Shown piece after piece: positions 1-8,407 of a stretch of 32,000 bases of DNA. Below the pieces are notes generated by a model that ran no database searches, was not told where the DNA came from, and saw nothing but the letters and a program-made list of their open reading frames with translations. The DNA lies in assembly GCF_003231495.1 (NCBI RefSeq), contig NZ_PQWO01000015.1, positions 101,861-133,860 on the forward strand. Reading direction: 5' to 3'. The DNA is from Acaryochloris thomasi RCC1774 (GTDB lineage Bacteria; Cyanobacteriota; Cyanobacteriia; Thermosynechococcales; Thermosynechococcaceae). A program made the position numbers and the translations under genes. Position 1 is the stretch's first letter, and each line of letters opens with the position of its first letter.

Positions 1-34
1 ATCGCTCAATAGGCTAGAGCAGGGCGATATCAAG

Positions 35-262
35 ATGCGCGTTAGCTCAGTTGAGGCGAACCGCGAACTACGAAAACTCAACACAACTAGCCTGGGTGTC
101 ATTTACTCGCTGATATTTAGCATTTTGTTTCTGTGTGCAACGCAGTTACTCATTGCGAATCTGACCGGCATCGCAACGGCCCTAGCTGCTTTTGCTGCCA
201 TTCCACTGACGTTGCTGCTGAGATTGCTGCTGTTTAAGCTGGATCGCTCTAGCGTGACTTAG
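35..262 (+). CDS. hypothetical small membrane protein (75 aa)
   Basis: ATG ORF with two hydrophobic stretches (GVIYSLIFSILFLCATQLLIANL and ALAAFAAIPLTLLLRLLLF). No family recognised. Upstream context is cut by the window edge. Confidence 0.3.
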   Translation: MRVSSVEANRELRKLNTTSLGVIYSLIFSILFLCATQLLIANLTGIATALAAFAAIPLTLLLRLLLFKLDRSSVT

Positions 263-345
263 TCTTTTGTAGTTCTCTCACTCATTTCGAGGGTGCCCTG
301 ATCGGTTACTGTGGGTGTTGACCTCTGGGGGCTTAGGAGTGGGAG

Positions 346-924
346 ATGCAAGTCTTACAGCTTTCACCAAGAATAGTTCTAAATTTGAGTGTAGTGGGCC
401 TTATATTTATAGCCCTGACTGCCTGTAGAACAAACGATGTAGACGCCGAGCTTCCAAAATTAGAACCGACGATTCAGCTTCAAAGTTCGGCGTTTGCTGC
501 CGACACGTCAATCCCCTCAGAATATACCTGTGATGGAGAGGATCGCTCTCCACCGTTGAGCTGGGATGCTGTACCGTCAGAGGCTCAGAGCCTGATCTTG
601 ATTGCGGATGATCCAGATGCGCCGGGTGGGACGTTTGTCCACTGGGTTCTTTATGATCTTTCTCCTCAAACGCTGCAGCTTCCTGGTGGTGTTACCCCCG
701 TTACCCAAGGCCCTCAGCAAAGTGTTCAAGGCAAAAATAGTTTTGGAAAGATTGGCTACCGGGGCCCCTGTCCACCCTCAGGAACGCATCGGTACTTCTT
801 TAAGATCTATGCTCTCGACCAGAAAATCGAGATAGAGCCGGGAGCCAAGAAGAACAAAGTTTTATTAGCCGCGAAGGAGCATATCATCGCCACGGGTGAA
901 TTGATGGGGCGATATTCACGCTAA
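346..924 (+). CDS. YbhB/YbcL (PEBP, Raf-kinase-inhibitor-like) family lipoprotein
   Basis: PEBP motifs DDPDAPGGTFVHWVLYDL and GYRGPCPPSGTHRYFFKIYALD. The N-terminal signal ends in the lipobox LTAC. A purine-rich GGAGTGGGAG lies just upstream of the ATG. Confidence 0.85.
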   Translation: MQVLQLSPRIVLNLSVVGLIFIALTACRTNDVDAELPKLEPTIQLQSSAFAADTSIPSEYTCDGEDRSPPLSWDAVPSEAQSLILIADDPDAPGGTFVHWVLYDLSPQTLQLPGGVTPVTQGPQQSVQGKNSFGKIGYRGPCPPSGTHRYFFKIYALDQKIEIEPGAKKNKVLLAAKEHIIATGELMGRYSR

Positions 925-1559
925 GGCCGATAGCCTGTTTCCGTCACAGTGGATAGATGTTTACGTAACAATATGCGCTTGGAACGTCTAAGACGGGGCC
1001 AAAGACCTTGCTGCTCAGAACGACAATATTGAGCCTTCGTATACAGTTGCTGCGCAGCAATGTTAGTCTCCAGCACATTGAGATAGAGAAAGTGGGTCTG
1101 CCAAGCCGTCGCGGCTTGTTCACAGGCCAATAGCAAGTGTTGGGCGACTCCCCGACGACGGTGGTTAGGAGCAACAGCTAAGTTAGAAATATAGGGCACC
1201 GGCTGGCGGAGCAACCAGAGCGATCGCAATGTAACTTCCACCGTTCCAATAATGTTGTTCTGTGCTGACGGGTCTCCCGGCCCCGTCTTTACGGCAATAA
1301 AACAGGCGTGCTTTGGGGATTGCGTGATGAATCGCGTCCGCAAGTCTTGATAAATGCCAACTCGCAACACAGGCAGTGCCCAGTGCCAGTAGCTGGTGGG
1401 GGGATAAAAGCTTTCGCAGAGAAGCTGCGCGACTCTTAAAAGGTCCCGATCTTCAACGGTGCGAATGCTGAAGCTTGGGCCGCTTAAGACCTGTGAGCCG
1501 TTCGCCCAAAGGGCTGGCGAGTTAGAGATCACCGGACCCGTCATCCACTTAACTGACAC
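921..1559 (-). CDS. GNAT family N-acetyltransferase
   Basis: Acetyl-CoA-binding signature NLAVAPNHRRRGVAQHLLLACEQ (Q/RxxGxG/A type). The ORF starts at GTG 1559, with an alternative ATG at 1544. Its stop overlaps the PEBP stop. Confidence 0.8.
   Translation of the reverse strand: MSVKWMTGPVISNSPALWANGSQVLSGPSFSIRTVEDRDLLRVAQLLCESFYPPTSYWHWALPVLRVGIYQDLRTRFITQSPKHACFIAVKTGPGDPSAQNNIIGTVEVTLRSLWLLRQPVPYISNLAVAPNHRRRGVAQHLLLACEQAATAWQTHFLYLNVLETNIAAQQLYTKAQYCRSEQQGLWPRLRRSKRILLRKHLSTVTETGYRP
1220..1227. repeat. HIP1 octamer palindrome GCGATCGC (first of 15 perfect copies)
   Basis: Copies start at 1220, 2031, 3373, 7888, 13247, 15123, 15301, 16463, 20284, 21046, 21875, 22524, 26066, 26532 and 29031. 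Confidence 0.95.
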
Positions 1560-1603
1560 CTACGATTAGTTCGGACGTGGGGCCTGCCCCCATCTGCCAA
1601 GCG

Positions 1604-2530
1604 CTACTGCGCTTCAGGTTTACTGAGCGTCTCAGGTTCTTCTACCTCGAGGTCACCCGCCGGACTCTGACCAGCATCAGAGGCGAGCTGGGCAATGGTC
1701 TCTCGAATTTTAGGGAGCTTGAACACCATCTTGGTATCTTCAACCAAGCGCTCACCCCATAGATTTTCAACCAAGAAATCAACGTCACCATAGCGACTGT
1801 CCATCTCTAGAGCTTTCTGAGCCAGCGTGAGCGCCTGATCTTGATTACCCTGCTTATAGTGAGCTACGGCCAGTGCCAACAGCGGCTCACCAGTTTTTTC
1901 ATCGATTTCAGTCGCTTTCTGCCACTGACGCATGGCTTCTTTAACCTCGCCTGATTCATATTGAACCAAGCCAATGTTATTCAAGGCGGGCCAAAACTTC
2001 TCGTTCTGCGCGATGGCCTTTTGGTAGGTTGCGATCGCATCATCAAACTGCTCGAGCTTATAGTAGGTATTACCCAAATCGAATAGCGGCTCCAGCTGAT
2101 CTGGCTTCAGCTTCAGACCAGACTTGAGCGAATCAGCCGCAGCAGGATAATCTGCTTGACTAAAATAAGCAGACCCCAAGCTAAACAGCACGCCTGGGTT
2201 CGAGTCATCCAGAGCCAGAGATTTATTGAGAGCCGAGATGCCCTTCTCTGACTGCTCAAGATTAAGATACAGCCCTCCCAACAAGGCCCAGCCTTCAGGT
2301 GCCTTAGGGTTCAACTGCGCCGCGAGCTGCGCCCTTGAGAGAGCCGACTCAAACTGTTGGAACTGCGTCAGATAAACAGCTTCCTTGAGCAGATCCTGTC
2401 CAGTCTTTTCGAGAGACTGTGCATCAACCGAAATAGTCCGCGGAACGATAGCCTGACCGATAGCTGGTGAGACTGCACTGCCTAGCCCAAGACAGATCAT
2501 CAAAGGAATAAGTGTTGATCGATAGAGCAC
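1604..2530 (-). CDS. secreted tetratricopeptide (TPR) repeat protein
   Basis: Repeated 34-residue A/Y/L patterns (e.g. LGSAYFSQADYPAAADSLKSGLKLKP, LGNTYYKLEQFDDAIATYQKAIAQN). N-terminal signal peptide MLYRSTLIPLMICLGLGSAVSPAIGQA. GTG start. Confidence 0.85.
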   Translation of the reverse strand: MLYRSTLIPLMICLGLGSAVSPAIGQAIVPRTISVDAQSLEKTGQDLLKEAVYLTQFQQFESALSRAQLAAQLNPKAPEGWALLGGLYLNLEQSEKGISALNKSLALDDSNPGVLFSLGSAYFSQADYPAAADSLKSGLKLKPDQLEPLFDLGNTYYKLEQFDDAIATYQKAIAQNEKFWPALNNIGLVQYESGEVKEAMRQWQKATEIDEKTGEPLLALAVAHYKQGNQDQALTLAQKALEMDSRYGDVDFLVENLWGERLVEDTKMVFKLPKIRETIAQLASDAGQSPAGDLEVEEPETLSKPEAQ

Positions 2531-2713
2531 AGTCTGTAACCATAATTGACGACAAAAGCTTAGTTGCTAGCTTAGCTTAAATTTTCATCCCCGTAGTGAA
2601 CGCACGATACTTCCCCCATCGACGTACGATATCCAGCGCCTGACGGACTCATATTGTTACAATTACCTGTGGTCTTTTAATCAACACGAGGCATTTTAGT
2701 GGATCCCATACTC

Positions 2714-2878
2714 ATGCAAGAGCGAATTGTGTTCATCGAATCCAAGCGCGACATGTTGGTCAAACTGTTAGAACAACCCGATCTGGGGACCCTCAGAATT
2801 GACGTAAACCAAGCTTTAGAAGAGATGGACGACTTGATCGATGAGTTCAAGAAAACATTCCCCTCTACATCTGTGTAG
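2714..2878 (+). CDS. possible small acidic helical protein (54 aa), below the ORF-track size cutoff
   Basis: My own translation: MQERIVFIESKRDMLVKLLEQPDLGTLRIDVNQALEEMDDLIDEFKKTFPSTSV, stop TAG 2876-2878. In-frame GTG at 2699 is an alternative start. No clear SD and no family recognised. Confidence 0.3.
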   Translation: MQERIVFIESKRDMLVKLLEQPDLGTLRIDVNQALEEMDDLIDEFKKTFPSTSV

Positions 2879-3113
2879 CTGCCATACGAACTAGAGTATC
2901 AACCACCCGTTGCAATCAAATCTTTAGTCCTTCCTGCTTATTTATTTTGTTGATTTCGTTTGGCCCTAATGAAAGCAACTACAGCTGTCCTTGACAAACC
3001 ATTGACGGAAAGTCGTTAAGACAAGTTCACCTCAATTCTCAGGAGAAGTTCATTTTTGACAGCAGATTGCCCATACTAAGCTCGAAGCCTTTATCCAAGT
3101 TTTCGAAGCTAAC

Positions 3114-4052
3114 GTGACTGCTGATACAACCCCTCAACTCCTAATAAGCGCACCCACTGGTATCAAGCGGCTGCAGCTTCTCGCTCAGACAAGCTGGACT
3201 CTGGGCCGCCATCCCTCTAGCCTTATTCAACTATTAGACAACAGTATCTCCAGGCATCATGCCAGGATTGAAGTTTTACAGGGTCGGCATTTCTTCCTCG
3301 TCGATTTGGGTAGCCGGAACGGATCAACCGTCAATCAACAGCCGGTCTCCAAACCCGTCTTGCTTAAGCACGGCGATCGCATTCACCTCGGCCAAACCGA
3401 ACTGTTTTTCGAACAGAGCCTGTTCTATCCTGCAGATGTTGCAGCAATGGATAGAGCAGACATTGTTATGCTGCACCAATCATCACTGCAGGGCAAAATT
3501 TGGCAGGAACTTTTGCTCTCCCAAAATCTATCACTGCGCTGGGAAACTGGAGCAACAAATCTCAGACACGACATTGAACATCGAGTCAAAACTCAGAAGC
3601 TTCCTAAGATTCTCATCATTGACGTACAGGCCTATAGCGGTAGCTTGGCTTCATTCTGCCGCTGGAGTCAGGAGCACCATCCCGACCTAGCGATTCTACT
3701 GTTCGATAGCACCCAGCGTCAGATTGCTCTCGAAGAACGCCAGCAAATGACGGCCCTCGGGTGCATTGACTTTTTGCCAGCCTTCCGTGAGCCGAATCTT
3801 CTAGACAACGTAGCCGGTGTAGTTGTTCATCTCAATTTAGTGTCACGCGCCTTCCGAGACACAACGCTGCGCCAAGACAAACTTTTCCTGACGCTTAAAA
3901 AACTAGAGGAGCTGCTGCAGTTGGCCTCCAATTTGCCTGTCGCAGCCAGCGTACCTGTCCCCCAACCGGTTGCGGTTCCACATCAGGAGGTCGTTACACC
4001 ACCAACCCTAGAGATGCAGGATATGACCATGATTACTCGACATTCAAAATAA
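3114..4052 (+). CDS. FHA domain protein with a receiver-like (probably pseudo-receiver) central domain
   Basis: FHA signature WTLGRHP...SRHHARIEV...FLVDLGSRNGSTVNQQPV...GDRIHLG (aa 27-100). Residues ~116-245 show an alternating beta/alpha pattern (IVMLHQ, KILIIDV, LAILLFDST, GCIDFLPAF). GTG start. Confidence 0.8.
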   Translation: MTADTTPQLLISAPTGIKRLQLLAQTSWTLGRHPSSLIQLLDNSISRHHARIEVLQGRHFFLVDLGSRNGSTVNQQPVSKPVLLKHGDRIHLGQTELFFEQSLFYPADVAAMDRADIVMLHQSSLQGKIWQELLLSQNLSLRWETGATNLRHDIEHRVKTQKLPKILIIDVQAYSGSLASFCRWSQEHHPDLAILLFDSTQRQIALEERQQMTALGCIDFLPAFREPNLLDNVAGVVVHLNLVSRAFRDTTLRQDKLFLTLKKLEELLQLASNLPVAASVPVPQPVAVPHQEVVTPPTLEMQDMTMITRHSK

Positions 4053-4081
4053 CGGCAAACATCTACGGGCTTAGGGCAAGA

Positions 4082-5023
4082 TCATGCCGGTGATGCTAGC
4101 TTGTGGAACGTCTCGCCAGATTGTTCAATCCAGCCATAAATCATACCGGAAGTAGAATGCCGTGCAGCACATCGCCCCTGACGATCAATAACGATCACGC
4201 CGCCTAAACCATTGACCTTAGAAACGAGGTACCCAATTCCTGCTGCAGCAGCATCGTGGGCATTAAGCCCCTGGAAATCAATCAAATCTGCAATTGTCTT
4301 CGCCAGTACAGTCCGCAGAAACTGTTCTCCATAGCCGGTCGCGGAAACAGCACAGGTTGTGTTATCGGCGAAAACACCCGCTCCGATCACCGGCGTATCC
4401 CCCACCCGTCCCCATCGCTTGTTCACAATGCCACCAGTGGATGTACCTGCGGCTAGGTTGCCTTCAAGATCTCTAGCAACAACACCAATCGTACCGAACT
4501 TCTCCTGGGGCTCTTCGGTGTCTTCATGGTCAAGAACCATCCGTCCTAACTTTTGAGCCTCTTTTAGCTGACGAACGCGAGCATCTGTTATGAAATAGTG
4601 CTCAGGCCAAAACTTGATATTATGAAACTCAGCGAATTTCATGGCTCCGTGCCCAGCTAACATGACATGTTCGCTATGTTCTATGACTTGACGAGCAAGT
4701 GAAATAGGGTTTTTGATGCCCTTAATACTGGCCACGGCTCCGGCGGATAGATCTACACCATTCATGAGAGCCGCATCCATTTCGACTTCACCATACTCAT
4801 TGAGAACCGAACCTCGACCGGCATTATAGAGGGGATCGTCCTCTAGCAGGGCTGCACAATATTCAACCGCATCTAAGGCCGTTCCTTCTTGCTCAAGAAT
4901 TTTTCGCCCCTGCTCTAAAATCCCGCAAATGCTGCGCTCAAATTCAGCCTCATTCCCCTCACGCTTAATGTGCTGTAGTGCACCCGCCCCACCGTGAACC
5001 ATCAGGGAATAGGAATTTGACAT
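4082..5023 (-). CDS. isoaspartyl peptidase / L-asparaginase (plant-type, Ntn hydrolase)
   Basis: HGGAG near the N-terminus, autoprocessing/nucleophile site FGTIGVVARD, and GTSTGG and GAGVFADN motifs. I chose ATG 5023 (MSNSYSLMVHGGAG). The track ORF extends to TTG 5044. Confidence 0.9.
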   Translation of the reverse strand: MSNSYSLMVHGGAGALQHIKREGNEAEFERSICGILEQGRKILEQEGTALDAVEYCAALLEDDPLYNAGRGSVLNEYGEVEMDAALMNGVDLSAGAVASIKGIKNPISLARQVIEHSEHVMLAGHGAMKFAEFHNIKFWPEHYFITDARVRQLKEAQKLGRMVLDHEDTEEPQEKFGTIGVVARDLEGNLAAGTSTGGIVNKRWGRVGDTPVIGAGVFADNTTCAVSATGYGEQFLRTVLAKTIADLIDFQGLNAHDAAAAGIGYLVSKVNGLGGVIVIDRQGRCAARHSTSGMIYGWIEQSGETFHKLASPA

Positions 5024-5160
5024 TGCGAAGACCAGAAGGGGCAATGGTTTATCTTAAACCAGCACCCAACCTAGCACCAACTCATTGTCTAGAGAAGATA
5101 ACTTGAGATTCTAGCTTTGTTTCTAGCTACGTCAGGACTACTTATATCCAGGCGTAATGC

Positions 5161-6339
5161 CTAATTCCATGCCTGACCCACATTCGAAATCGACTCTAAT
5201 GGATGAAAAGAAGGCGGCAAAGTGGATTCCTGGAGCTGAGTCCCCATCAGACGCTGCTTTAAAGTTGTGCGTAGCTGATCTTGTTGAGTATGGGAGCCTG
5301 CAAGGAGACAGACGACTTTACCCATATGGACGTTGCCCCAGTTGACGATGATGACTCCAACGCCGGTTTGGGCATCAAACTCAATCCCGCTCAGGTCAAT
5401 ATCGTTGAGCGCACGAAGGGGTGTCGTAAATGTCTCACAGATCCAGCTTTGGATATCGAGCTTCTGGGCGACACCCGTGGGGTAGGAAGCTCCGTTGTAG
5501 CGAGGGTTGCATTCAATCGCATAGTAGCGAGGACCGCGGGAGCTAAAGACCACAGCGACATCAAAAGCAAAGATCTCCTGCATCCCCTGATCAACCATCC
5601 ACTGAGCCATTGGCTCGACTAAATCCCACGGCTGGTATTCGGTGGGGTAGCGATTGCCGCTGTGGGAGCAGCCGTCTAAAATCTGTTCGGTGGCGGCGTG
5701 TCTCTCCAAGCCATCTTCAGTGACTCGATACTGAAGATTAAGAAAGGAAGCCGCTAAAACTTCTTCTTGAATTTGAAAGGAAACATTATCTGGCATATCG
5801 TATAGCGCCAGAGAAAGCTGCTGCCGGTCTGCACAACGAACAATTCCCATCCCATCAACGGATACAGATGGCTTAACGTAGCAGGGATAAGGGATCTCAG
5901 AGTTCAATCTCAGCTCTGACTTCTGAGCAAAGCACAAGGTCTTAGGCACCGTCACCTGGAGCTGATGTGCCAGCTCCATGAAGTTATTTTTGTTGTTCAT
6001 GCACTGAACAACATCATGCCAGCGCTGGTTCTCTTGGCGAAACTGCTGGCTCCGGTAGCTCTCTTGATTCTCTGCATCTCCGAAGTAAAAAACAGAAGTC
6101 TCTAGCTGAGGATGGGCCAGTCGGACTGCTGAAGATACATCCCAAATCACGTTCTGACTATGGCGTAGACCAATGCGTTCGTAGTGCCCAACAATAGCCT
6201 GCCACTCTCCCCTCAGCGCTGGATGTAGCTGCACAATATCATTCTGATCGGTCAAGCCTAGAACGCGCCCCGAATACAAGTAATTGCCAGTCACCTGCTG
6301 GTGCGTGCAGTTCATGATGTCGTGGTTAAAAATTTTCAT
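5161..6339 (-). CDS. ATP-grasp domain protein (392 aa), substrate unknown
   Basis: ATP-grasp hallmarks: YVKPSVSVDGMGIVR (Lys plus flexible Gly loop), FQIQEEV, and the Mg-ATP site YYAIECNPRYNGASYP (ExNPR). Confidence 0.75.
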   Translation of the reverse strand: MKIFNHDIMNCTHQQVTGNYLYSGRVLGLTDQNDIVQLHPALRGEWQAIVGHYERIGLRHSQNVIWDVSSAVRLAHPQLETSVFYFGDAENQESYRSQQFRQENQRWHDVVQCMNNKNNFMELAHQLQVTVPKTLCFAQKSELRLNSEIPYPCYVKPSVSVDGMGIVRCADRQQLSLALYDMPDNVSFQIQEEVLAASFLNLQYRVTEDGLERHAATEQILDGCSHSGNRYPTEYQPWDLVEPMAQWMVDQGMQEIFAFDVAVVFSSRGPRYYAIECNPRYNGASYPTGVAQKLDIQSWICETFTTPLRALNDIDLSGIEFDAQTGVGVIIVNWGNVHMGKVVCLLAGSHTQQDQLRTTLKQRLMGTQLQESTLPPSFHPLESISNVGQAWN

Positions 6340-6735
6340 AGCAATTAGCGACTAATCCACTTACAAAGGTCGTGACACTATCGATGCAGAGCTTGAAACT
6401 TGGGAAAAGCTGACTCACGTAGAGATCAGGGTTTGCTCCGTCCGACGAAACATCTGTTGATCTAACAACTGTTCAGCTAGAAATAGGAATGGGCTGCCAA
6501 TGAATATGGCTATCAATCAAAAACGGCCTTGAGACATGCGATACATAAAGGTTATTCATGCAACACGCCTAATGCCTTTAGTCTCTAGACGGGATACTCC
6601 GCAATTTTGTAGAGAGCTATTCAATAAAACCCGAAATGGTATCGGATTTTACTGTTCTAGATATAACACAGATATTTGAGTCACAGCAGCAACTTAAAAT
6701 TGATCCTTAGGGGGCATGTCATCAATGTTTGACAT

Positions 6736-6763
6736 AGGCTGTTTCTCTCAGGAGAAACAGCCT
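6736..6763. other. perfect 12-bp stem / 4-nt loop hairpin in a long intergenic gap
   Basis: AGGCTGTTTCTC (6736-6747), loop TCAG, GAGAAACAGCCT (6752-6763). Every position pairs. No flanking U/T tract on either strand. Confidence 0.6.
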
Positions 6764-6918
6764 TGAGGTACAACCGTCTGAGAGTTTTAGAGAGCAAGGG
6801 TATCCTAGACAAATTGCAATGCATCACACCAATATTTTCTGCCCAAAGAATATATTGTCTTAATATTTCAAGTTTTCTAAACTTTCGAGATCTGGAAGCT
6901 GGACAGTTCGGAAGGCAT

Positions 6919-8397
6919 TCACGAGTTGGACAACACCCAGGTATCTTTGCTGCCGCCACCTTGGGTTGAGTTAACAACAAGGGAGCCTTTTTTAAGGGCA
7001 ACGCGCGTCAATCCACCCGGATGCACATAGATGTCTTCGCCACGATGAAGAACATAGGGCCGCAGGTCAACGTGTCGTCCTTCTAGGGTTCGATTCACAG
7101 CGGTCGGAATCCGAGATAGATAGATAGTGGGTTGGGCAATATAGGCTCTCGGTTGAGCTTTGATAAGCTGCGCAAATTCTTCCCGCCCTGCTGAGCTAGC
7201 GTGGGGACCAATCAGCAATCCTTTGCCTCCTTCACCACCGGCAGGTTTGATCACTAACTGATCGAGATGTTCTAAAACATACTGACGATCCTGTTCTCGC
7301 CAGCACAGATAGGTGGGCACGTTGGGCAGCAGAGGGTCTTCGCCCAGATAGTAGCGAATCATCTCAGGGACGTAGGCATAGATCACTTTATCGTCAGCAA
7401 CGCCGGTTCCAAAGGCGTTGGCAACGATTAATCGTCCTTGCTGGCACAGCTCGATGATGGCTGCGAGTCCAGAGGCGTGACGGGTGCCGAAATCGAGTGG
7501 TTCAAAGAAGTCGGCGTTACGCCGTCGATAGAGAATCTCAATTCGCTGCAGTCCTGTGGGGGTTCTGCGATGGAGGGAGTCATCTGCAATGACGAGGTCT
7601 TGCGGTTCAACGAGGGCCACTCCCATCTGCTCTGCTAAAAAGGCATGTTCAAAATATGCGGACTCAATGGGGCCGGGGGTGAGCACCGCAATGTTGGGTG
7701 CGGTACTGCTGTCTGAGGCGAGATTGAGGAGCGTTGAGCGTAGCTGTTGAGGATAGTGGGCAATGGGTTCGATGCCAATAGACTGGGGTGGCGGCAGGAC
7801 TCGGGTCAAGGCTTCTCGGTTTTTGATCACGTAGGCGATTCCTGAGGGGACGCGCAGGTTGTCTTCTAAAACGTGCCAGGTGCCGTTGCGATCGCAAATC
7901 AGATCAATCCCGCTCACGTGGCACCAGACCCCATTTCGAGGCTGCATTCCTATACAGTCCGGCAAAAACCGTTCTGCCGACTCCACAACCGCTCTCGGAA
8001 TTTTGCCGTCATTAATGATCTGCTGTTTGCCGTAGACATCGGCACAAAACAGATTGAGGGCCGCCACTCGCTGCTTGAGACCGGCCGACAGCCGCTGCCA
8101 CTCCGTTGCTGAGATCACGCGGGGAATCACATCAAAGGGCAAAACACGCGGTTCGCCATCAAAGGTAAAGGTTGCACCTAATTGGGCGAGAACCTCTTCA
8201 GCCCTGGCATTGGCCTGCACCAGATCGCCTGCCGATAGCTGCTGTAGCCACTGCACAATCGATTCCATATCAGGGCGAGGACGCCCTGGAGCAGAGAAGT
8301 ATTCGTCATAAAACTGCTCGGGATCGTAGGTATCAAACAGCACGGCTTTTAGAAGTACAGACTGCTGAAGATTGTGACACAGCCTTTGACATCTCAC
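6919..8397 (-). CDS. circularly permuted type-2 ATP-grasp protein (CP_ATPgrasp_2; DUF404/DUF407 family)
   Basis: Family-typical blocks VIPRVISATEWQRLSAGLKQRVAALNLF, VLEDNLRVPSGIAYV, TGVADDKVIYAYVPEMIRYYLGEDPLLPNVPTY, GGLTRVALKKGSLVVNSTQGGGSKDTWVL. GTG start at 8397. An in-frame GTG at 8343 (MLFDTYDPEQFYDEYF) looks more family-typical. Confidence 0.9.
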   Translation of the reverse strand: MRCQRLCHNLQQSVLLKAVLFDTYDPEQFYDEYFSAPGRPRPDMESIVQWLQQLSAGDLVQANARAEEVLAQLGATFTFDGEPRVLPFDVIPRVISATEWQRLSAGLKQRVAALNLFCADVYGKQQIINDGKIPRAVVESAERFLPDCIGMQPRNGVWCHVSGIDLICDRNGTWHVLEDNLRVPSGIAYVIKNREALTRVLPPPQSIGIEPIAHYPQQLRSTLLNLASDSSTAPNIAVLTPGPIESAYFEHAFLAEQMGVALVEPQDLVIADDSLHRRTPTGLQRIEILYRRRNADFFEPLDFGTRHASGLAAIIELCQQGRLIVANAFGTGVADDKVIYAYVPEMIRYYLGEDPLLPNVPTYLCWREQDRQYVLEHLDQLVIKPAGGEGGKGLLIGPHASSAGREEFAQLIKAQPRAYIAQPTIYLSRIPTAVNRTLEGRHVDLRPYVLHRGEDIYVHPGGLTRVALKKGSLVVNSTQGGGSKDTWVLSNS

Positions 8398-8407
8398 TGT
8401 ATTCAGC

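Noticed and set aside
5109-5128. Direct repeat TTCTAGCT (5109-5116 and 5121-5128) upstream of the isoaspartyl peptidase gene.
   Set aside because: There are only two 8-mers with 12-bp spacing in a short gap. This is too little to distinguish from chance without conservation data.
6473-6679. Possible RiPP/graspetide precursor peptides upstream of the 392-aa ATP-grasp: a 28-aa ORF at 6473-6559 (-) and a 47-aa ORF at 6536-6679 (+).
   Set aside because: Neither has an SD or a leader/core organisation, and neither has the Thr/Ser plus Asp/Glu-rich core expected for omega-ester/amide crosslinking. ORFs of this size are expected by chance in A/T-rich DNA. They are recorded only as a negative search result.
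6736-6763. The perfect 12-bp hairpin interpreted as the intrinsic terminator of the CP-ATP-grasp gene.
   Set aside because: There is no U/T tract after the stem on either strand, and it lies about 155 nt past the stop codon. It is kept as a structural feature of unknown role rather than called a terminator.
6681-7001. 106-aa track ORF on the minus strand downstream of the CP-ATP-grasp gene.
   Set aside because: It overlaps the 3' end of the well-supported CP-ATP-grasp CDS in another frame. Its composition is not protein-like (Cys/Pro/Arg/Leu-rich), and it runs through the A/T-rich gap. It is likely a chance ORF.
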